From Candidatus Falkowbacteria bacterium HGW-Falkowbacteria-1 (GTDB lineage Bacteria; Patescibacteriota; Patescibacteriia; Patescibacteriales; UBA12465), in the NCBI GenBank assembly GCA_002840305.1, contig PHAI01000001.1:178074-227462 (forward strand): a DNA stretch of 49,389 bases. Direction: 5' to 3'. Under the pieces are notes generated by a model. That model saw nothing but the letters and a program-made list of their open reading frames with translations, made no database searches and had not been told where the DNA came from. This document shows positions 17,295-24,549 of the stretch, piece by piece; the first letter of the stretch is position 1, and each line of letters starts with the position of its first letter. The position numbers were made by a program, and so were the translations under genes.

Positions 17295-17738
17295 ATGAAT
17301 AAAAAAAGAAATCAAGGTTTTACATTATTGGAAATCTTGTTAGCTGTTGCCGCTTTGGTAATTTTAGCCAGTATTGTTATTTTGGCTATTAATCCAGGGA
17401 AACAATTAGCTGATACTAGAAATTCACAAAGATGGTCAGATGTAAACACTATTTTAAATGCTGTTTATCAATACGCTATTGATAACGAAGGTGATTTGCC
17501 AGCTACAATTCCGCTTGATACTTCCACTGGAACTGATATTTGCATAGAAACAGATACGGCTTCTTCTTGTTTGGTTGATCTTTCAGTTTTGATCCCAACG
17601 TATTTAGTTGATATTCCAACTGATCCAAAAGCAACTACTACACAAAACTATACCGTGGTGGCATCATCTACAACAGACAGAATAACTGTTTCGGCTCCTT
17701 TGGCTGAACAAAGTAAGACTATCACAGTTACTAGATAG
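17295..17738 (+). CDS. type IV pilin, major-subunit candidate
   Basis: MNKKRNQG|FTLLEILLAVAALVILASIV, a short leader with G-1/F+1/E+5. Small (147 aa), has its own long upstream region and is followed by a strong hairpin. I prefer the ATG at 17295 over the ORF-track start at 17238. Confidence 0.75.
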   Translation: MNKKRNQGFTLLEILLAVAALVILASIVILAINPGKQLADTRNSQRWSDVNTILNAVYQYAIDNEGDLPATIPLDTSTGTDICIETDTASSCLVDLSVLIPTYLVDIPTDPKATTTQNYTVVASSTTDRITVSAPLAEQSKTITVTR

Positions 17739-17750
17739 TAACTTTCTCAA

Positions 17751-17834
17751 AATAATGCACTGCTAAATTTGCCCGGCTTAGGCCGGGCAAGGGTGGCCGT
17801 GCATTATTGTTATTATGGCACAATAACAATAATG
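17751..17834 (+). promoter_or_regulatory. nested, mutually exclusive RNA hairpins between the pilin gene and mrdA
   Basis: AATAATGCAC (17751-60) pairs with GTGCATTATT (17799-808), enclosing GCCCGGC-TTAG-GCCGGGC (17771-88). Alternatively, CATTATTGTTATT (17802-14) pairs with AATAACAATAATG (17822-34). Confidence 0.4.
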
Positions 17835-17850
17835 TCTTAAGATTAAAAAC

Positions 17851-19890
17851 ATGTTTAGTTCCAAAGATAAAAATATTAACGATCCTTTTGTAGTCAAGGA
17901 AAAGAAATTTAAATTTGGCAACCTTAAGGATTCTTTTTACCATTTAGGATGGATGGAGGATTCTTTTTTGTTTGGTGAAAACGACAAAGAAACCCTAAGA
18001 AAAACTTTTGATACAGAAAAAATAAAACATATTTTTTCTTTTTTATTTTTGTTCTTTGGTATTTTAGTCGCAAGGTTATTTTGGTTGCAAGTTTTAAGAG
18101 GGGACGAGTATCGTGCTTTGGCCGAAGGAAATAGAACCAGAATTGTAAATGTTGAGCCCAAAAGAGGAATTATCTATGATAGCAACATGATTCCTCTGGT
18201 TAAAAATGAAGCTAATTTTGTTTTGTATTTGATTCCAGCTGAGATGCCAAAAAACGAATTAGAAAGAGATGCAATTTTACGCAAATTAGCGTTTATAATA
18301 GATCAACAAGATTTGAATCTTAAAAATAGTGAAAAATCGAGCGAAAATGTCTATTCTGATTTTGAATTTTTAGAGGACAGCGATTATTTTTATTTTATAA
18401 AAGACAAGCTGGACAAAATAAGGTCTGGATCCTTAGAATCTTTTAGGCCCTTGTTCATAATGGATAATATTGAACACGCTTCTGCTATGACTATTTATTT
18501 AGAGGCAGAAAAAATGCCAGGAGTTTCTTTGTCGGTTAAAATGGGGCGATCTTATATTGATTCTAGCTCCTATTTGTCTAGTCTTTCCCATGTCGTTGGC
18601 TATACCGGGAAGATATCGGAAAAAGATCTAGACATCTTTGGCGATGAATACTCTCTTATAGATTACACGGGCAAAACTGGTTTGGAATATTTTTATGAGA
18701 ATGAATTAAAAGGTGAAAAAGGCAAAAAATATATAGAAGTCGATGCTTGGGGTCGAGAAAAAAAGATTATTAATGAAGTTTTGCCAAAAGATGGTTTTAG
18801 TTTGGTTTTAAGTTTGGACACAAAATTGCAATTAAAAATAGAAGAAATATTGAATAAATATCTTCAAAAAGATAAATTAGGGCGAGCCTCAGTTGTGGCT
18901 CTGAATCCAAAAAATGGAGAAGTTTTGTCTCTAGTCTCTTGGCCATCATATGATAATAATATTTTTTCCAAAGGCATAAGCCAAAGTGAATATAGTAAAT
19001 TGTTAAATAACCAAGATAATCCTTTGTTTAATAGGGCTGTTAGCGGAAATTTTCCTTCTGGGTCGACAATCAAACCTATAATTGCCGCCGCCGCCTTAGA
19101 AGAGGGTGTTATTAAGGAAAATACTTATGTAAATAGTGTTGGTGGAATATGGATTGGCCAGTGGTATTTTCCGGACTGGAAAGCCGGGGGGCATGGCCTT
19201 ACTAATGTTAAAAAAGCTATTGCTGAATCAGTGAACACCTTTTTTTATTATATTGGAGGAGGATATGAAAGTTTCTCTGGCTTAGGAATAGATAAAATAG
19301 TTGAATATTTGAATTTATTTAACTTAGGTTCCCAAAGTGGCCTAGATTTGCCACAAGAAGCAAAGGGTTTTGTGCCTACGCCAAGCTGGAAAGAAGAGAA
19401 TAGAGACGAAGCTTGGTATATAGGGGACACATACCATGTTTCTATTGGGCAGGGGGATCTTTTAGTTACGCCACTTCAGGTAGCAAATTTTACTTCCTTC
19501 TTTGCCAATGGTGGCAAGCTGTATAGGCCCCATTTGGTAAAAGAAATATTGTCTAATGATAATGATTTAGTTAGAAAAGTTGAGCCTGAAATAATAAAAG
19601 AAAATTTTATAAGTGATAAAAATGTAAAAATAATAAAAGACGGGATGAGACAAACGATCATATCTGGTAGCGCCAGCCGTTTAAACGTTTTGCCCTTTGA
19701 AGTTTCTGGAAAAAGTGGAACTGCTCAGTGGGGGACTGATAAGGATCCGCATGCTTGGTTTACATCTTTTGCCCCCTATGATGATCCGGAAATAGTCTTA
19801 ACTGTTTTAGTTGAAGAGGGTAAAGAGGGTAGCAGCATAGCAGCCTCTATTTCCGGTGAAATATTAGAATATTATTTTTCTCAAAAATAG
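17851..19890 (+). CDS. mrdA: penicillin-binding protein 2 (class B transpeptidase)
   Basis: N-terminal TM, PBP dimerisation-like region, SxxK (GSTIKP), SxN (ESVN) and K(S/T)G (GKSGTAQ). Confidence 0.8.
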   Translation: MFSSKDKNINDPFVVKEKKFKFGNLKDSFYHLGWMEDSFLFGENDKETLRKTFDTEKIKHIFSFLFLFFGILVARLFWLQVLRGDEYRALAEGNRTRIVNVEPKRGIIYDSNMIPLVKNEANFVLYLIPAEMPKNELERDAILRKLAFIIDQQDLNLKNSEKSSENVYSDFEFLEDSDYFYFIKDKLDKIRSGSLESFRPLFIMDNIEHASAMTIYLEAEKMPGVSLSVKMGRSYIDSSSYLSSLSHVVGYTGKISEKDLDIFGDEYSLIDYTGKTGLEYFYENELKGEKGKKYIEVDAWGREKKIINEVLPKDGFSLVLSLDTKLQLKIEEILNKYLQKDKLGRASVVALNPKNGEVLSLVSWPSYDNNIFSKGISQSEYSKLLNNQDNPLFNRAVSGNFPSGSTIKPIIAAAALEEGVIKENTYVNSVGGIWIGQWYFPDWKAGGHGLTNVKKAIAESVNTFFYYIGGGYESFSGLGIDKIVEYLNLFNLGSQSGLDLPQEAKGFVPTPSWKEENRDEAWYIGDTYHVSIGQGDLLVTPLQVANFTSFFANGGKLYRPHLVKEILSNDNDLVRKVEPEIIKENFISDKNVKIIKDGMRQTIISGSASRLNVLPFEVSGKSGTAQWGTDKDPHAWFTSFAPYDDPEIVLTVLVEEGKEGSSIAASISGEILEYYFSQK

Positions 19891-19953
19891 CAACATTCAT
19901 TGTTTTTGATCCCTGTATTTGCTATTATATTGTTATAGACACCTTGTTGTCTA

Positions 19954-19982
19954 TTGACTTTTTTAAATATATATGTTATAAT
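19954..19982 (+). promoter_or_regulatory. near-consensus promoter of the giant-protein operon
   Basis: TTGACT (19954-59), 17-nt spacer, TGtTATAAT (-10 at 19977-82). Inverted repeat ATAGACA/TGTCTAT (19935-41/19948-54) abuts the -35. Confidence 0.55.
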
Positions 19983-20000
19983 TACTATACAAATAAATTT

Positions 20001-20243
20001 ATGGCTACAAAAAATTCAAATTTGAGCAATAATACAAGCACTGATCAGACAGATGACGATCAAGTGCTTTTTTTTCATAATAAACTAGAGGAAGCTATAA
20101 ATGCCATCAAGGATATTGAAATAGAGGCTATTAGCTCTCTGAGTCGTTTGAGCTTGAATAAATTAGCGAAATTAAAAAGCGAAGAAACAAAAAATGCGGT
20201 GGAAAAATTGGAAGAAATAAGGAAAAAGATTAATCAAAATTAA
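20001..20243 (+). CDS. small coiled-coil hypothetical protein
   Basis: 80-aa ORF from ATG 20001. The ORF-track start at 19944 lies upstream of the predicted promoter. Charged helical sequence. Confidence 0.5.
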   Translation: MATKNSNLSNNTSTDQTDDDQVLFFHNKLEEAINAIKDIEIEAISSLSRLSLNKLAKLKSEETKNAVEKLEEIRKKINQN

Positions 20244-20269
20244 TTTATAAATAAACTTAATTTAAAAAT

Positions 20270-23200
20270 ATGGCCAATTTAGAGAGCAAAAAAGATCAAA
20301 AGGAGGAGGGAATAACGTCTTCCGACTTGCTTAAAAATAAAAAGGAAATTAAAGAAATTGAGGTAAGATTGAAAAGATTAAATAGGGGTGGTAAGGAACA
20401 ATTTAAGGGGGAAAAGGAAGGGCTTGTTGATAAATTAAAAAAGATGGGAGTTGAATATGTAGAAAAACAAAAAAAAGAAGCGGTGGATAATATAGTAGAA
20501 GTTGCTGGTCCAAATCCTGATCTTGAAAGTACGGGAGTGGTTGATAGTGCTAAAGAAAAAATTGAAAAAGTTGCTGATAATTTTGAAAAAGAGATTGGTG
20601 CTGAGAAAAATGAGACAGAAAAGGAAAACAAAGAGGAAGTTCTTGAAGCTAAAACCGAAACCGAAATCGAAACCAAGGTTGAAAAAGAGAACCTGAAATT
20701 CTTAGAAAAAGAAATGAAAGATTTGGGAATAAGTGAAGAAAATTTAAAAGGTGAGTCATATGAAAAATTCGATAAATTGAGTACTGGTTCAAAGCTATTG
20801 GTTCTAAAAAATTTAAAAGCAATTATATTAAGTGATATTTCAAGCGAATCTTCGTCTCAGGCCAGTGAATCGGTCGGTGTAGTTAAGGGTTTGTTTAAAA
20901 ATATCAGAAAAAGTTTAAAAATAAATAAGGCCTCGGGCAATTTAAAGGAAGCGGAATTAAAGAAGCTTTCTAAGGATGGTTTTGACAAGTATAAGGAGGG
21001 AAAATATGGAGAACAATTAGATCAACTATCAAACATAATGAGTGGTTTTGAAATTGATGTTGTTGAAAAAAATGGAAAGGCAGAAGTGTCTTTGCTGTCT
21101 ATAGAGGAGGGAATGGATGATAAAGAAAAAGAAGCGATTGAATCTTTTAATGAAAGTGCTAATAAATTTTTAAATATTCCAAAGGAATGGGCATATGAAA
21201 GCGCTAAATTCGAAGATAAAAAAAAGTATGAAAAAGCCAAAAAAGAATATGATGAGGCCAAGGTAGATCTTTCTGAGATGGGTATTGGAAACGGTAAAGG
21301 TCCAGAGATTTTATCAAAAATAAATAAATCCGAATGGCAAATGAGAATGATAAGAGATTTTAAAAATGACTCAGTCTTAAAAGAAGAATGGAAAGAGGCC
21401 GTAAAAAACAAGGGGTTTTTCATGAAAGCAATCTCTAACATGGGGAACAAAGAAAAATTAGCTTATATGGCTTCTGGTTTTACTATTCGCACCATAAGTG
21501 CGACGTTGGCCTTGTCAGTGGCATCTTTGCCCTTCATGATGACCGTTGGTGGTATTAGAGGCGTGAGAGGTGCTAAGGAGGATTTGAGAAAAAAAGACAA
21601 AAAGGATGTTTATAAAGAAAAAACGGATAGTCCTATTGATGCACAGAGAAAAAGTGTTAGAAATGAAATGAACTCTATGGTTCCTAAAGAATTTTCTTTA
21701 AATCCAGAAGAGTGGCTTAAAACTGTGCCAGAAGAAGAAAAAAATAAATACAATCAACTTAAAAATACCTTCAATGAACTAAATTCTAAATTAGAAAAAG
21801 AGAATGCTCAAAAATTAAATACAGTAGAAGCCAAAAGTTTAAGTGATAAAATAGACCTTCTGATAAATTCTTACAACGAAGAGCTTAATTTGGGCGATAA
21901 GGCTGATTCTGAAAAACTAAAGAGTATTTTGGATTCTTTAAATTCGAGAGTTATTTTTACTAAAGACAAAATGAGCAAAGAATTAATTAATTTTGGTTCT
22001 CGTGGCTCAGTTGTCAACTTCATGGAGCTAAAAAGGAACATGGAGGAGGCAGAAAATTTAATACTTGGGGCAAAGTTTGAAACTGATGTGGAGCGCAGCG
22101 AGAGAGCAAAGAGACTTTTCGATAAAATTTTGGACAGCTATAAGCTTAAATTAGATGATACTAGAAAAAAATATATAAGAAAAAAAATGATCAAAGGAGC
22201 CTTAACGGCCGGAGCTTTTTCTGCTCTTGGTTCTTTGATGTCTGAATTCGGTGGTCTGTCTCATGTGTTGAGAGGCGATATAAGTCTTGATAATTTTGGA
22301 AGCAAAGTTGGTGGAATCGGTAGTGCGATTAAGGGAGATATTTCCATGGAAGATATAAATGCTCAGATGCAGGAAAATATCAGGATTAAAATGGATAGTC
22401 TTGATAGGGCGCTTGTTAATATTGAAGGAATTTTTAATACTGACAGTGCTAATGTTTCTGGAATACCACAAGCTGAGATTGGTGGAGTTGCTAATTATGT
22501 CGAACTTAATCCTAGTCCAGAAAACGCAAGCAATATTGCCGAAAAATTAAACGAAAGTGGTATTAAACTTGAAGGTCTAAATGATAAAGCAATGAAATCA
22601 ATAGAGGGAATTGGAACGTTGCAGAAAGTAGTCACCCTAGAAAAGGGAGATGGTGTTTCTAAAATATTCAATGGAATTCGTGTGCATAATGAATATTCCG
22701 TGACTTTTGTTGATGGAAAAACAGGACAATTGACAGAGGGAGCAGCTTTTAGCAAGATGGTTCATCCCGGAGATCAGGTTATTCTTGGGGAAAATGGTAA
22801 AATTTATGTTGTTTGCAAGAGCGGTATCCGAAATAATCCTCTTTACGGAAAAGAAGTTGTTTCTGATAATCTGACAAATGCAAGACCGGAGATTCTTGAT
22901 TCTAACGGTCAACCGTTTAAGACCGCTGGCAGAATTGAAGTAAGCGGATTAAAATTGGGGCAAGATGGTAAAGCCGATCTTGAAACATCTTTTGTGGGTA
23001 ATACTGAGGTTTCTTCTGATATGGTGGATGGAAATATAAACAATGCTCATAATGCCGTTGGCGCGGTTCAGTCCGACGCCCTAGAAGGCTGGGCTCATCC
23101 TAAACCAGACGAAATTATTGCAGGTGGCCCGGTTATACTAGAAAAAGAAGATGCTAAGATTATTTTTCCAAATGGTGACGATTTAGATAGAATTAAGGAT

Positions 23201-24205
23201 ATAGCCCCTATAACTAATGGTTATCAGGCTGTTTTGGATGATGGCACAATGCTTAATTTCAGACTTGGGACAGATGGTTATTATGTTTTGGAAAGTAGTC
23301 CAGATTTGAGCTCTGTAAGTGGAATTATCGAGAGGTCCATTAATGACGTTTCTTCGAGCTTGGAGGGGGTTGATGGTTGCTCTTGGATCGATAAAATGGA
23401 TGGTAGTTCAGTTGAAATTAACGACGAAACTAATCAAGCCATTATTAATGGCGATACAATTGATTTTGGAACTACAAACGAAGAAATGGCCAATATAGAT
23501 AAAGTAGATAAAATATATAATCCGACAGATGGATCGGTTTCGGAATATAAAATTTATTATAAAAATGGAGCCCTTGAGAGCTTTGCTAAGGCTAGCGAAG
23601 GAGATTGTTATGTTAAGATTAACAAAGACTTGAGTTCTACTGGATTAAATCTTGAAGACAATATGGAATCAAAAACAGTAAATAATGTTTTTGTTGGGGA
23701 CGAAGGCGGTGTTTATGTCTCACCAGAGAATCCTTCCAATAAGATGATTAGCGAAGATTTGTCTAAATATTTATCTGAATCTTATGATAATTTTGCGGTT
23801 AATTATAAAGACAAAATGATTGTTCTGGGGGGCGATAAAATTGACTTTAGTGGCCTAGACGATTTGTCTAACATAAAAAATATAGAGCCGGCATATGATG
23901 GTGGCGGAGGAGTGGCTAAGTTTATTGTTAGATATCAAGATGGCGGGCTAGAAACCTTTACTGCCCAGAGTGATGGCAGTGATGGAATTATTTATACAAA
24001 AGCCGGCGATGTAGTCGTTGGACTACCAAATGAAATAGTGGACGCAAATGAACAATTAGCCGACTCAGACGTTCAAGACGCTCATATTATTAACGAAACT
24101 GATAGACAGGGTAAAGTAATAGAAAGCAGCGAAACATTTGAAGACAAAGGACTAAAACCACGGTACAAAGCCAGGCGTCAAATGTGGAAATCAAGGGTAA
24201 TTTAG
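20270..24205 (+). CDS. 1311-aa orphan membrane protein (E/K-rich coiled-coil N-terminal part, two hydrophobic segments, repeat-bearing C-terminal part)
   Basis: Uninterrupted 3.9-kb ORF. Hydrophobic segments at about nt 21459-21557 and 22189-22255. Three copies of a module of about 50-65 aa lie at 23153-24004. No signal peptide and no catalytic motif I recognise. Confidence 0.7.
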   Translation: MANLESKKDQKEEGITSSDLLKNKKEIKEIEVRLKRLNRGGKEQFKGEKEGLVDKLKKMGVEYVEKQKKEAVDNIVEVAGPNPDLESTGVVDSAKEKIEKVADNFEKEIGAEKNETEKENKEEVLEAKTETEIETKVEKENLKFLEKEMKDLGISEENLKGESYEKFDKLSTGSKLLVLKNLKAIILSDISSESSSQASESVGVVKGLFKNIRKSLKINKASGNLKEAELKKLSKDGFDKYKEGKYGEQLDQLSNIMSGFEIDVVEKNGKAEVSLLSIEEGMDDKEKEAIESFNESANKFLNIPKEWAYESAKFEDKKKYEKAKKEYDEAKVDLSEMGIGNGKGPEILSKINKSEWQMRMIRDFKNDSVLKEEWKEAVKNKGFFMKAISNMGNKEKLAYMASGFTIRTISATLALSVASLPFMMTVGGIRGVRGAKEDLRKKDKKDVYKEKTDSPIDAQRKSVRNEMNSMVPKEFSLNPEEWLKTVPEEEKNKYNQLKNTFNELNSKLEKENAQKLNTVEAKSLSDKIDLLINSYNEELNLGDKADSEKLKSILDSLNSRVIFTKDKMSKELINFGSRGSVVNFMELKRNMEEAENLILGAKFETDVERSERAKRLFDKILDSYKLKLDDTRKKYIRKKMIKGALTAGAFSALGSLMSEFGGLSHVLRGDISLDNFGSKVGGIGSAIKGDISMEDINAQMQENIRIKMDSLDRALVNIEGIFNTDSANVSGIPQAEIGGVANYVELNPSPENASNIAEKLNESGIKLEGLNDKAMKSIEGIGTLQKVVTLEKGDGVSKIFNGIRVHNEYSVTFVDGKTGQLTEGAAFSKMVHPGDQVILGENGKIYVVCKSGIRNNPLYGKEVVSDNLTNARPEILDSNGQPFKTAGRIEVSGLKLGQDGKADLETSFVGNTEVSSDMVDGNINNAHNAVGAVQSDALEGWAHPKPDEIIAGGPVILEKEDAKIIFPNGDDLDRIKDIAPITNGYQAVLDDGTMLNFRLGTDGYYVLESSPDLSSVSGIIERSINDVSSSLEGVDGCSWIDKMDGSSVEINDETNQAIINGDTIDFGTTNEEMANIDKVDKIYNPTDGSVSEYKIYYKNGALESFAKASEGDCYVKINKDLSSTGLNLEDNMESKTVNNVFVGDEGGVYVSPENPSNKMISEDLSKYLSESYDNFAVNYKDKMIVLGGDKIDFSGLDDLSNIKNIEPAYDGGGGVAKFIVRYQDGGLETFTAQSDGSDGIIYTKAGDVVVGLPNEIVDANEQLADSDVQDAHIINETDRQGKVIESSETFEDKGLKPRYKARRQMWKSRVI

Positions 24206-24459
24206 CACAATTTTCCGTGGACAAATCAGGCGATTTATTTGATAAATTGAAAGGAGGGAAAATTAAAAACGAGACAGCCTTTTTAGATTATATAAAAGAA
24301 ATAAAACAGGAAGCTCTTGGCAACAAAGAATTATCCCCTTTAGAGGAGAGGAGTTGGAAGTCTTTCTTCAATAATAGTTTTAGTAAAGATCCTGATTCGC
24401 CCCTTTTGTCACAAAAGTTAAAATTAGAAATGACTAGTTTTTTGGCTACAACTAAATAG
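24184..24459 (+). CDS. small hypothetical protein, translationally coupled to the giant gene
   Basis: 91-aa ORF whose start overlaps the giant ORF by 22 nt. A terminator follows. Confidence 0.4.
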   Translation: MEIKGNLAQFSVDKSGDLFDKLKGGKIKNETAFLDYIKEIKQEALGNKELSPLEERSWKSFFNNSFSKDPDSPLLSQKLKLEMTSFLATTK

Positions 24460-24482
24460 CTTAAAATCAGTGATATCATAAA

Positions 24483-24512
24483 AAGAAGCGGCAATTTTGT
24501 CGCTTCTTTTGT
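24483..24512 (+). terminator. rho-independent terminator
   Basis: AGAAGCGGC...GTCGCTTCT hairpin followed by TTTGTT. Confidence 0.5.
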
Positions 24513-24549
24513 TATTGATTTTATAAGTCTTTTTTGCTAAGGTCTTATT

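Noticed and set aside
20296-21450. Long antisense ORFs inside large genes: 20296-20676(-), 21022-21450(-), 27479-27919(-), 44076-44603(-), 43290-43727(+), 14427-14774(-), 15150-15437(-)
   Set aside because: They lie fully inside well-supported genes on the other strand and translate to low-complexity S/F/L/I-rich strings, as expected from reading AT-rich or E/K-rich codons backwards. None has a motif or promoter.
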